A DNA stretch of 64,000 nucleotides from positions 401,365 to 465,364 of the forward strand of contig JAWLHJ010000004.1 in the NCBI GenBank assembly GCA_041690395.1, written 5' to 3'. The position numbers and the translations under genes were made by a program. The DNA comes from Longimicrobiales bacterium. GTDB taxonomy: Bacteria; Gemmatimonadota; Gemmatimonadetes; Longimicrobiales; Gaopeijiaceae. Under the pieces are notes generated by a model. The model was not told the origin of the DNA. It was given only the letters and a program-made list of their open reading frames with translations, and searched no databases. This document shows, one piece after another, positions 18,562 through 27,647 of the stretch; within the stretch, counting starts at the first letter, position 1; each line of letters opens with the position of its first letter.

Positions 18562-20443
18562 CCAGGCCGCGCTTGCCACTTCGGGGGCAGGGAGAGGTAG
18601 CGGTGATCGGAAGCTCCGGGATTCACTGGGGCTGGAGCTCGGATTCACCCAAGACTCCCGAACCGGGATCTGGTGGGGGCCCTGTCACGAATGCGGCGAT
18701 CGGCGGGCCTCGGTTAGCACCACCTCGTGGTCGTGTCCACAGTGCGGACCGCGAACGCTCGAGGCAACGGCGGTATTGGCATCATTGGACGAACTGGAGA
18801 GCTGGCCGGAGCGCCCGGACGTCCCCGGTTTCGCCATTCCCGAGCCGTTACCCCTCGATGCACTCCCAACCGTAGCTCGCTCGGCAGTCGCGTCTGTCGC
18901 GGAATCCCTCCAGGTACCGAGCGACCTTCCTGCACTTTTTGCGATCTTATGCGGGGCCGCCGCGATCGGGGACCGTGTAAGCGTGCGTATCCGGTCCACA
19001 CAAGTGGAGCCCTTAGCCCTGTATGGAGTTGGAATCGCCGCACCGGGCGAGCGAAAGAGTCCGGTGTTCGCACGCATGTGCCGGCAACTGTACGACTGGC
19101 AGAAGAGAGCCACGCTGAGGGAGCAGCCACTCCAGCGCGCTGCGCGCGACCGAGTCGATGCCCTCAACACGAGACTGGCTTCACTCAAGAAAGCAGCGGC
19201 AAAGGATCCCGCTGCACTCGACGAGATGGAAGACGCGAGGCGTGAGCTCGACGCCGCGGAGCGGGCTGTTCCTGCCTCCTCTTGGTTGATCGTGGACGAC
19301 GTGACGCCCGAAAAGCTGGCGATGGAGATCGCCGATCAGGGCGGGCGCGCAGCAATCTTCGCTGCTGAGGGGGACGTCCTCCGGATCTTCGCGGGTCGGT
19401 ATGGCAAGGGCGATCCACGTGCGGACCTGTTGAAGAAAGCCATCAATGGTGAGCCCACGCGCGTGTCGCGCGTCGGCAGGGAGACGATCTGGCTTCCGAG
19501 GCCGATCCTAACGGTCGGGCTGATGATCCAACCCTCGGTCCTGGGGTCTCTGGACAATCGAGACAGTCTCGAAGGGGAGGGAGTATTTGCACGGTTCCTC
19601 TTCGTGCAGCCTGAGAGCAACTTGGGATGGCGCCTGACGGGCCGAGAGATCCCGCCTCCGGACCTCGAGGCGGAGAGGAGGTTTGGCCACGCCCTGGAAC
19701 GCCTTCTCGACGTGGCTTCCAGCGAGGTTCTCGAGTCCGGGGAGCGCGTACCCCATATCATCGAACTGTCCGACGATGCGGAGAAGATTCTGTTCGCATG
19801 GGAAAGGGAGATCGAGGGCATGCTCGCCCCCGGCGGCCGGCTTCGATCCATCTCCGGATGGAGTTCAAAGCTGGTCGGGTACACGTGCCGGATCGCGGCC
19901 ATCTTGCAGCTACTGGACCGGGCATCCCGTGGCGAAGCGCTCCCAGGTGGTCATGTCGGGCCGAGTTACGCCGAAGGGGCGGTTCGCATCGCTCGTGCCC
20001 TCACATCTCACGCCATCAGGGTTCTTGGAGAGCTCGCGACATCTCCAGACTCCGCCGATCTGGCATACGTCTGGAGAAAATGCCAAGAATTGAGCCTCCG
20101 CGCTGCACGGAAGCCGCACGACACCCAGAACGACGAAGGTCTAACCCTCACCACACTTCGTCGAGCGATGGGGCGCAAGAGTATCAAGCGCGCAGAAGAC
20201 CTAGCACGCCTTGTTCGCGAACTCGAGCAGCGGAGTTGCTTGAGACTGCTTCCGCAAGGGCCGACTGGCGGCCGGCCAAAGGCAGACCGAATCGTGCTTC
20301 ATCCGATGTTTCGGTGCGGAACCGCAGAAAATGCAGAAAGTCCCTCCGCAGACACTCGCAACACCCTTTCTGCAGTTTCTGCAGTTGTTTCGGAAGGTTG
20401 GCAGAACAAATCTGACCCACTCGATGTCCTGGATGGAGCATAG
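18542..20443 (+). CDS. DUF3987/YfjI-family replication protein with N-terminal Zn finger
   Basis: CHEC..CPQC; Walker A-like 'APGERKS', 'DVTPEKL', 'GLMIQP', 'GVFARFLF'. Confidence 0.82.
   Translation: MSAAMGDQAALATSGAGRGSGDRKLRDSLGLELGFTQDSRTGIWWGPCHECGDRRASVSTTSWSCPQCGPRTLEATAVLASLDELESWPERPDVPGFAIPEPLPLDALPTVARSAVASVAESLQVPSDLPALFAILCGAAAIGDRVSVRIRSTQVEPLALYGVGIAAPGERKSPVFARMCRQLYDWQKRATLREQPLQRAARDRVDALNTRLASLKKAAAKDPAALDEMEDARRELDAAERAVPASSWLIVDDVTPEKLAMEIADQGGRAAIFAAEGDVLRIFAGRYGKGDPRADLLKKAINGEPTRVSRVGRETIWLPRPILTVGLMIQPSVLGSLDNRDSLEGEGVFARFLFVQPESNLGWRLTGREIPPPDLEAERRFGHALERLLDVASSEVLESGERVPHIIELSDDAEKILFAWEREIEGMLAPGGRLRSISGWSSKLVGYTCRIAAILQLLDRASRGEALPGGHVGPSYAEGAVRIARALTSHAIRVLGELATSPDSADLAYVWRKCQELSLRAARKPHDTQNDEGLTLTTLRRAMGRKSIKRAEDLARLVRELEQRSCLRLLPQGPTGGRPKADRIVLHPMFRCGTAENAESPSADTRNTLSAVSAVVSEGWQNKSDPLDVLDGA
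20320..20386. repeat. Inverted iteron pair, candidate replication origin
   Basis: AACCGCAGAAAATGCAGAAAG (20320-40) and CTTTCTGCAGTTTCTGCAGTT (20366-86) are 19/21 complementary; each arm holds two GCAGAAA units. Confidence 0.6.
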
Positions 20444-20444
20444 G

Positions 20445-20726
20445 ATGGGTGCTCGGGACCGACGCCACCGTGGCTCTTTGCTGTGTATTCGCCTCGCTGA
20501 GGATATTTCGCGCGTTGTTCCCGACGGGATCGGCACCTGGGATCATGCTTGGGAGATTGTCGCCGCGGCCGACACGGCCTTCATGCTGGCTCTCCTCGAG
20601 TGGGAGGCGACAGGTCAGGCAGCACTGAAACGACCGCTCCGGGACGCCTATTTCGCAGTGATCGACGCCTGGCGAGAAGCGGCGGGGGCGTACCTAAGCC
20701 GGACTTCCATGTGGGCCAATGACTGA
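20445..20726 (+). CDS. Small hypothetical protein
   Basis: ATG two bases after the DUF3987 stop; stop overlaps the next gene. Confidence 0.55.
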   Translation: MGARDRRHRGSLLCIRLAEDISRVVPDGIGTWDHAWEIVAAADTAFMLALLEWEATGQAALKRPLRDAYFAVIDAWREAAGAYLSRTSMWAND

Positions 20727-21252
20727 CGCCAACAATCGCGACGCCCGAGTAGCCACCAGAGGCTTCGATACATCTAAAGACCCTTATCTGGGCGACGATC
20801 CTATGGATAGCCAACTTCGCCTCGGAACGTTCGCCGACCGAGTGACCTGGTTCCTCGAGTCTCAGGGACGCTGGAGCGGACCACAGCTCGCCGAGCAGTG
20901 TCCGCGCTTGGACATGGCCATCGTGCGTACACTGGGCCCGGGCGTATCGACGCTGTTCTGGTCCGACGGGAGCAAGTCGCGTGTCGTACCCATGCATACC
21001 GGCCTGGACGTCGTGCACAACCCGGCCAACGCCGACTTCTGGATCCCCCGCGCGGTGAGTTTCTCCTTCACCTCCTGCAACTTCGGCGGAGAACGCACGT
21101 GGTTCCTATGTCCGAGGTGTGACCGTCGGAGAGCAGTGCTGTACGCGTATCCAGGATTCCTGTGCCGAACCTGCAACGGACTCACGTACTCATCTACCCA
21201 CCGGCGGCCGCCTTGGAGGCCGGAGCCGGTGTGTCTCGTGCAAACGATTTAG
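20719..21252 (+). CDS. Zn-finger protein typical of integrative elements
   Basis: 'CNFGGERTWFLCPRCDRR..VLY..FLCRTCNGLTYSS'. Confidence 0.7.
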   Translation: MTDANNRDARVATRGFDTSKDPYLGDDPMDSQLRLGTFADRVTWFLESQGRWSGPQLAEQCPRLDMAIVRTLGPGVSTLFWSDGSKSRVVPMHTGLDVVHNPANADFWIPRAVSFSFTSCNFGGERTWFLCPRCDRRRAVLYAYPGFLCRTCNGLTYSSTHRRPPWRPEPVCLVQTI

Positions 21253-21366
21253 GGAATAGTCCGGGACATCCAGTGGAGCCGGTCGCCTCCTGAGAACGCG
21301 CCAGCGAGTGCCTCGGCCCACTACCTGATGCCCCTGTCGCATACACTTTGCTGGACCGCTGGTGGC

Positions 21367-22173
21367 CTACTCTTCGCCATCCGACCGATCGCACCGGGGC
21401 AGCTTATCCTGCAGGACGATATTGACCGAAGCCACGGCGATTACCGCCGCAGCGATGGCTATTCCCGCGACTTCCTCAGGATCGCCATCGATGAAGAGGG
21501 TGAACCCGGTGTCATCGAACTCGAGAGACTTCGTCTCAATCCTGGGAGCGGGATGCGCCTGAAGAGACAGGAGGTTGTAAAGAGACTTGTGGATCAGCAG
21601 GCTCTGCTCGTCCCCACCGGTAGCCTCGGCAAACTCCTCCGGTAATCTCGTCCGGGACTTGCCGCTCCAGTGAAACTGTCGCCCCTTCTTCTTCGTGCGA
21701 TCGTGCAAGACGGCCTCGAGTGCCTCACTCATTACCTGCGTCTTCTCAGGCACGAATCGGCTCCAGACCTCTGAGTCTTCATCCGCTAAGACAGCGGCGG
21801 ATTTCTGCTCAACGTCCTCTTGATCGACCGCCGCTTGGTTGGCCAACTGCGCCCCGTACTCCCAGTCCAACAGTTCTCCAGCCCGCGCCCGTGCCCCAAA
21901 ATGGTCGTAGTCTGCGTTGCGGGTGCCCAAGAACATCACCTCCTGAGCCGCCTCAAATGCCGACCGTGCCGCTGCGTGCGCGGTACGGGGGACCTGAGAG
22001 TCCCAGAGCAGCCTTACGGCCTTGGCGTGCTGGAACACGTCGCGAGCGAGACCAAGGAGGGCGAGGTCGGGAATCAAGTGGGCTCCGCGCACGCCAGTCG
22101 TGAGGATCGTGTCATGAAGCGACCCTAAGGCCTCGTCCAGGTCCTCGACTGAGCCCTTCACACACACCTCCAT
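21367..22173 (-). CDS. DUF5677-like (HEPN-related) protein
   Basis: 'ARSAFEA' and 'LYNLLSLQAHP' motifs; GAGG RBS. Confidence 0.65.
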   Translation of the reverse strand: MEVCVKGSVEDLDEALGSLHDTILTTGVRGAHLIPDLALLGLARDVFQHAKAVRLLWDSQVPRTAHAAARSAFEAAQEVMFLGTRNADYDHFGARARAGELLDWEYGAQLANQAAVDQEDVEQKSAAVLADEDSEVWSRFVPEKTQVMSEALEAVLHDRTKKKGRQFHWSGKSRTRLPEEFAEATGGDEQSLLIHKSLYNLLSLQAHPAPRIETKSLEFDDTGFTLFIDGDPEEVAGIAIAAAVIAVASVNIVLQDKLPRCDRSDGEE

Positions 22174-22192
22174 GCCTCACAGGAAATCGATG

Positions 22193-22282
22193 GCGACTTC
22201 GAGTTGCTGCTGCAGCGTGCCCGGTGACAGCCAAAGCATAGCGATCCGGTAGAGCGCGACGGCACCAGTCCCTTGTTTGGAC
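22193..22282 (-). repeat. Decayed attC-like element C
   Basis: Starts 3 bp after the HD-nuclease stop; shares CTGCTGCA, CCGGTG, AGC(G/A)TAGCG and CGCGAC.GCA.CA blocks with 24155-24248 and 26139-26235. Confidence 0.55.
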
Positions 22283-22285
22283 GGG

Positions 22286-24118
22286 TCACGTTCCCTGCCG
22301 CGGCAGCGTAACGGTCGCATAGGCGCCCTTCGTACCCAGGTGCGAGACCTCGAAGTCTTGGTCAGGGATAGTCAGTCGTCGGAACTGACTCCTGATCTGG
22401 GCCTCGGCTTCAGTGTTTCCGCTCTGGGTGTTCTTTGCCTCCACGATCATCAGCACCGGTTGCGATACATCACGAGAGAGTAGGATCGCCAGCCCATCAA
22501 ACTCGGCGACGATCTGCCCGCTCTGTATGACCTCGGTAGATCCCGCAAAGGCGACGATCGCCCCGCGGTAGTCGATCGCCCGCAACGCGGCCTCCAATTG
22601 CACGACCTCATTCAACTGGTCGGCTCCCAAAAGCCCGGACCCCTTCGCCCAGTCCCGATACGTCCCAATCACCTCGGCAGCGCGGGTAGACCCATAGACT
22701 CTGACTACCGGTGACGTCTCAACCGCAGGCAGAGTACGGAGTCGGAAGCGCCTTTGCTCACCAAGGACCTGTGGGAGCAGGAACCTCAACAACGCAAGGC
22801 CGTTTCGCGTCGCACTCGCTGCGGACAGCTGAACGTCGAGCTCTGCAATTCGCGTCTCGAAGTCGAGCAGCTGCTTCCCCACCCTCAGTGCGGCCTTCTG
22901 GCGAACCGAGGTTGACGACGTGCGGGCTAATGCAGCTGTGACCTTCAGGTGTCGATGTCGAGGATCAAAGTCGGCTGCGAATCGACACGACCGGAGGCCG
23001 ACCGCTTGTCGGGCACCGCGCTCCCAGCCCAGGGGGTCCGGCAGAAGCGACGTAGCGAGCGCCGGGTCGAGATCATATGCCAGTTGGACAATCGGGCCGG
23101 TCGGTGTCCCATGCTCGTCCGGAGGACTCGGTGCGGTAAAATGGGTCGAAGCGTCGCGATCAGGGCCCATCAAGTCCCAGAGAGCCCCGATTGTAGCCGG
23201 CTCGGGATCAAGCGCCTCAAGTCGATCGAGGATCTCGTCACCAACCCGAGCATGATTGATGAGTTGGGGCGCCGCCATGTAAACCGTATCTCGCATGACA
23301 CCCTCTAGACGCTCAAGAGCCTCTTGGAACGCAGAGCCCTCAACGAATACATCGGTCAGATAGTGCTCCAAGGAGAAAAAGATCGATGCGAGATCCAGCG
23401 AAAAGGGTACAGGAGCGTAGTGCGAGTCCAGAGCCAAGTAGGTGAGTCGCCTCAGGCTCCGATACAGATTCCATAGCGCGACCAAGCTCTGATCCGTTTC
23501 GCCAGACTGCAGAGTGGTGAACGACCGCAGTATCGCCTGGCAGAAGTCCGCTATCGACGCGCCACCCTGCCTACGCCTGTACCGATCCAGAAGAAACGAG
23601 GCGATCAGGTAGTTGAATTGATAGAGGTTGTTGGTTCTCAACGCGCGATCGAAACGCTCACGATCCGCTTCGGGCAGCCCGGACCGGAATGCGGCCGCCG
23701 AGCGCCGATGGTCGCGGAGATACTTCATGAGAGCGCGCTCGCCGGAGAACGTGCTCGGCAGGTGTCCGATGTTCCCCAGCATCGCAAAGACCATAAGGAT
23801 CTCGCCGTTCGTCGGGTCCTGACCAAGGCCGTCGATTGTACCGAAGGTGTTCCGCCGGCGTCCCAGACTCAGTCCTGCAGGAAGCTGGCCCCGTAGATGG
23901 CACAACTCGGTGATGATGGCCAGCTGCGCCATCAGGTACTCATACCGAGTGTGGTGCGCTCCGGGGAGCACCTGCCGAATGGGTCCGAGTTGATCGATCC
24001 CCTTTAGAGCGCGGACGTGCTCGTATTGCTCCAAGAAGTCGAACACAGTCTTCGCGTACGGGAACAGTCGCACCCGGACGAGGCCGAAGCCCGGCAGGTT
24101 ATAGCGCCAGTATTCCAC
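22286..24118 (-). CDS. Degenerate HD (dNTP triphosphohydrolase-like) domain fused to C-terminal PD-(D/E)xK nuclease
   Basis: 'LKGIDQLG..PGAHHTRYEY', 'MLGNIGHLP', 'RRLTYLALDS', 'MRDTVY'; C-terminal 'EFDGL...IVEAKN'; GTG 24118 is the preferred start (ORF open to 24289). Confidence 0.7.
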   Translation of the reverse strand: MEYWRYNLPGFGLVRVRLFPYAKTVFDFLEQYEHVRALKGIDQLGPIRQVLPGAHHTRYEYLMAQLAIITELCHLRGQLPAGLSLGRRRNTFGTIDGLGQDPTNGEILMVFAMLGNIGHLPSTFSGERALMKYLRDHRRSAAAFRSGLPEADRERFDRALRTNNLYQFNYLIASFLLDRYRRRQGGASIADFCQAILRSFTTLQSGETDQSLVALWNLYRSLRRLTYLALDSHYAPVPFSLDLASIFFSLEHYLTDVFVEGSAFQEALERLEGVMRDTVYMAAPQLINHARVGDEILDRLEALDPEPATIGALWDLMGPDRDASTHFTAPSPPDEHGTPTGPIVQLAYDLDPALATSLLPDPLGWERGARQAVGLRSCRFAADFDPRHRHLKVTAALARTSSTSVRQKAALRVGKQLLDFETRIAELDVQLSAASATRNGLALLRFLLPQVLGEQRRFRLRTLPAVETSPVVRVYGSTRAAEVIGTYRDWAKGSGLLGADQLNEVVQLEAALRAIDYRGAIVAFAGSTEVIQSGQIVAEFDGLAILLSRDVSQPVLMIVEAKNTQSGNTEAEAQIRSQFRRLTIPDQDFEVSHLGTKGAYATVTLPRQGT

Positions 24119-24154
24119 CGTTGCCAACCACCACGACTTGAAGGAGCGTGAGCC

Positions 24155-24248
24155 GTCTAACGTCAGGGGATTCTGCTGCGCCGCCTGTCCGGACACCAGC
24201 GTAGCGTAGCTATCCGTTCTTCCGTGATAGCAGCAATCCATTAGAACG
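24155..24248 (-). repeat. Decayed attC-like element B
   Basis: - strand ends in GTTAGAC (GTTRRRY core); imperfect IR GGATT[CT]GCTGC / GCAGCAATCC; homologous to 26139-26235. Confidence 0.7.
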
Positions 24249-24360
24249 CAACGATGGCACATCGGACCGAAGGGGCTGGCGGGTGCCACCGAACACTAGC
24301 CGACCATGGCAGGGACCGGACCGCTCGGGCCAAAAGTCACAAGAGATCTCGCTGCAGAAC

Positions 24361-25173
24361 TCAGTAGTCCATCTTCAGGTACCGCGTTCCTGTGAACCGA
24401 TCGATGTACGGACCGCTCCTCACGGAGTTCATCAGGTCCCAGTAGCACACCTTCGCATACTCGTTCTCGAGTTCGGGTGGGTACGTGAAGCTGTATCGAG
24501 GATCGTTCACTGACGGGGGCGGCACGTAGGCGCGGTAGAACTCGGGGGCCAGATACTCATGAATGGCCCACCGCACCTCCGTCAACATTTCGGCAAGCGA
24601 GGTGCTGTGGTAGGAGAGAATATCGACGTGAAACCGTTCGTAGAAGTCATCGAGCGCGCGTAGTGAGTCGATGAGCGAGGCGGAGACACCACTTGCCTCA
24701 AGTAGCTTTCGCAACCTCTTGGCGTTCCGTGTTAACCGAGCTGGATTGTGCTTGGAGAGATTGCCACAAATCGCCACGAAGTCGCGGCGACGCAGCGATA
24801 GCGGAACCTCCTCATCGAGGCTTGGAAACCAAGCCTTGACCGTGATCTCGGTGTCGAGCCAAGCAGTGAGATTGGCGACACTGGCGGCGAGCACCTCGCG
24901 AGCTTCGTCTCCGGGTAGCTGCGGATCCGAGGACACGGTTCCCAGTGCATCGAGCAGAGATCCGCGAATACCGACGAGGTCCCGGTCCACCTGCTCAAGC
25001 ATGTCCGCCAACAGCACGCAAAAAAGTGAGCGACGAGTCGGTGATTTGAACGTCGCCTGCGTGATCTCGGGCTCGCCCCCGAAATTGAGCATCTCGTGAT
25101 TCACCATCGAGTTGATCACCTCAATGGTCAATCGCAGCACCACAGCCTCGCGTTCGATCTTTGTGGTGCTCAA
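24361..25173 (-). CDS. Hypothetical protein (possible HEPN-like)
   Basis: 270-aa helical ORF; 'ICGNLSKH' motif; GAGG upstream of TTG start. Confidence 0.65.
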   Translation of the reverse strand: MSTTKIEREAVVLRLTIEVINSMVNHEMLNFGGEPEITQATFKSPTRRSLFCVLLADMLEQVDRDLVGIRGSLLDALGTVSSDPQLPGDEAREVLAASVANLTAWLDTEITVKAWFPSLDEEVPLSLRRRDFVAICGNLSKHNPARLTRNAKRLRKLLEASGVSASLIDSLRALDDFYERFHVDILSYHSTSLAEMLTEVRWAIHEYLAPEFYRAYVPPPSVNDPRYSFTYPPELENEYAKVCYWDLMNSVRSGPYIDRFTGTRYLKMDY

Positions 25174-25256
25174 TCTGCGGCCTCTGATTCGTATGGAGTT
25201 CTTGCCGTAGCGTGTATCAGGTAACCACGAGCCCGACGCTTTTAACAGGCTCGCTC

Positions 25257-26000
25257 CTATTCGGCCAGTGACTCCATCTCGTCGGCCAGCCTGTTCAAGA
25301 ACGCATCGACTTGGTCGAAGTAGTCGCCAAGGTCCAGAGGAGACACGAACAGGTCCTCGCCGGACAGCGGCGCGTGCACCGCGGTCTTGATCTTCCCGAG
25401 CGGGGACGACGGGTCATTCTTCAGCGCGTCCGGTAAGAAGAGATCGGGCCGCACTTTCCACAGCGACTCTGTCGCGGCACCGTCCGCATGCTTGGTGGCG
25501 TTCGCTACGTGCCGAAGTTCTTCGATTTTGGACCACTCAGGGAAGTCCTTCAAGTCCAGCCCCTGTGCTCCAAACGCCTTCACAATGTTGCTCCCCCTCA
25601 GCAGCGCATGGTCATTCTCGTGCTCCTTTGGAAGTAGTTCCTTCCGCAACAAGAATAGGAGCTTCTGTTCAAGCAGATGATGCAGGGCAACGGCGAACAG
25701 ATTGAGCACGGCTTGCCGGGCGCTCCGCCGCAGGTCGTAGTAGAGGATGCTCTCGTCTCGTGCTGCCTCGTAGTAATCGGCTGGATCGTCATCCGGGTGG
25801 AAGTGCCTCCCGAGTCGTTCCAGTGCCTCCTCGCCCGCGCGCTCTGCCTCATCGTCGATGTTGTCGAACGATGGAAGGGCACGGTCGAGCACAGTCTCAC
25901 GAAGAACGACCACCTCGGGTATGACGATCCTACGGAGATAGTTGGCCCAAAAGGGACCGTTTGCCTTCAGCCCAAGTCCACGGACCTTCGGAAGCGCCAC
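25257..26000 (-). CDS. HEPN-like protein
   Basis: 'LHHLLEQKL' and 'WSKIEELRHVANATKHADG' motifs. Confidence 0.65.
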   Translation of the reverse strand: MALPKVRGLGLKANGPFWANYLRRIVIPEVVVLRETVLDRALPSFDNIDDEAERAGEEALERLGRHFHPDDDPADYYEAARDESILYYDLRRSARQAVLNLFAVALHHLLEQKLLFLLRKELLPKEHENDHALLRGSNIVKAFGAQGLDLKDFPEWSKIEELRHVANATKHADGAATESLWKVRPDLFLPDALKNDPSSPLGKIKTAVHAPLSGEDLFVSPLDLGDYFDQVDAFLNRLADEMESLAE

Positions 26001-26138
26001 TTTCTCACCTTACGGTTGAGTTGGGGGTCGAGTCGCTGACCCAAGTAGATCAACGTTTCCGTAGTACAGGACACGATGCCGCATTCCGACGAATCCACGA
26101 CTTACGAGCGGATACCTGTAGAATCTGCCCGCGTTGCG

Positions 26139-26235
26139 CTCTAACGTCTCGGAATTCTGCTGCACGGCCCTCCGGTGCACCAGCGTAGCGTTGCCTACCC
26201 AATCTTCCGCGACTGCAGCAATTCCCTGGAAACGA
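26139..26235 (-). repeat. Decayed attC-like element A
   Basis: Begins about 14 bp after the PIN gene stop; - strand ends in GTTAGAG; IR GGAATT[CT]GCTGCA / TGCAGCAATTCC. Confidence 0.7.
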
Positions 26236-26248
26236 TCTGCCCGCACGG

Positions 26249-27259
26249 TCAAATAGGTCCCAGCATGCTGCGCGTCGTTGAGACGAGATCTATGAATCTG
26301 AGTTCGCCATCGGAAAGCTCTAGGGACCGGGTCCGCCACAGGCGGCGAATGATCCTCTCGGTCAGCCTGCCTGGTGCCATCCGAAACTGGCAATATCCAT
26401 TGATCTGCCCCGCGCCCCGAGAGTTGTTGAACGGGTAAATCCGCGCGCCTGGAGGGACCGGACCGACAGCTACGTTGCGACCTCGGGTCTCACCGTTGAT
26501 GAAGATGAAGATCCCGTCGGCATCGACCGCCACGGCGACAAAGTTTGAGGATTGCCACTCAACCGCCTGAGGGAGGGTGAGCATACCAACGGGTACCGAT
26601 TCCTGGAACCACCGGAAGACGAAGGCTGCCTGGGCGGGCTCGTAGAACAGCTCAGCCTTGCCGGTCAGGTCCATCACGTAGGGGATCTCCCCTGAGTCGC
26701 GGATCGCTTCACTCGACCAGTTGGGCCAAAACTGACCGAGAAACGTCCACGCGAAGGGGTTTCCGCCGTCCAGGAGCCGCGGATCGTTGGGGTTCCAGAG
26801 GAAGCTGGAAGGACTCTTCACCTTGATGCCGGGTACCTCCTTACGGAAGAACTCCCAGTCGTGCGTCAGGAGGAAGTTGACCTTCCCCGCTAGTGAGTCA
26901 GCCAGCACCTGTTGGTCCTCGCCGGAGAGTCTCGCGGCCCAGGGCGGGAGACATGACCGGTCGCCATCGGCGACACGCTCGACCGTCGTGTGCTGGGCGA
27001 GCTGTAATAGACCATCCGCGAAGTCGCCCACAAGGTTGGGGGCGTTGGTACGCAGGACCCGTAGCGCCATATCCTCGACGTGCCGGCCGAGCACGACCGT
27101 CCCCTGATCCAGGGAGGCGAGGCACTGGTTGCTATACGAGCCGAGATCCAACAAGCCGGCCAGGAGAACGCTAACGTCAGGAGCGATTCTGGACTGCCGG
27201 ACCGTCGGGTGCACGGCTTCTACGATCTCCCTTGGTACCGAATCGAACCGATCAGCCAC
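26249..27259 (-). CDS. PIN-domain RNase fused to a LamG/ConA-like beta-sandwich
   Basis: 'PDVSVLLAGLL', 'EDQQVLADSLAGKVNFLLTHD' (PIN acidic residues); C-terminal 'FVAVAVD..GIFIFING'. Confidence 0.6.
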   Translation of the reverse strand: MADRFDSVPREIVEAVHPTVRQSRIAPDVSVLLAGLLDLGSYSNQCLASLDQGTVVLGRHVEDMALRVLRTNAPNLVGDFADGLLQLAQHTTVERVADGDRSCLPPWAARLSGEDQQVLADSLAGKVNFLLTHDWEFFRKEVPGIKVKSPSSFLWNPNDPRLLDGGNPFAWTFLGQFWPNWSSEAIRDSGEIPYVMDLTGKAELFYEPAQAAFVFRWFQESVPVGMLTLPQAVEWQSSNFVAVAVDADGIFIFINGETRGRNVAVGPVPPGARIYPFNNSRGAGQINGYCQFRMAPGRLTERIIRRLWRTRSLELSDGELRFIDLVSTTRSMLGPI

Positions 27260-27647
27260 AATACTCCGGGGTTTCGATCTAACAAGGGATCCTGCAGGTC
27301 TGCGTATCGCCGTTCTGCTGAGCGCCTTTTGGCGGGGCTCCCGGAACGTGGCACCAAGAGTTAATGACTGGAGGTGGACGTTCTCCCAAGAGTAGTTCCG
27401 TGGGTCTAGTCTCGACAGGATCTGCGACTCCTCCGCTTCCCAAGGATCACTTCCCTACCCAGCATCGGGCCCGTGGCAGCCCCACCACCTGCTAACCCAG
27501 CAGGGGTTCCGCCACGGCTAAGCCCTTACCTCTTATTGTCATAGAGCACCCCAGTGGCATGCGCGTGCACAAACCGTGCACCCAGGATGGCGCTGGGCGG
27601 CTGGAACCGCGCTCGCGGTTCGCTTTCCCGAACGCGGGAGATAGCTC

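Noticed and set aside
25174..25256. Additional attC-like site between the two HEPN-like genes
   Set aside because: Only faint similarity; no GTTRRRY core in the right position and no clear inverted repeat
26010..26393. 127-aa minus-strand ORF as an extra cargo gene
   Set aside because: It overlaps the PIN gene and runs through the attC-like element; no motif or RBS
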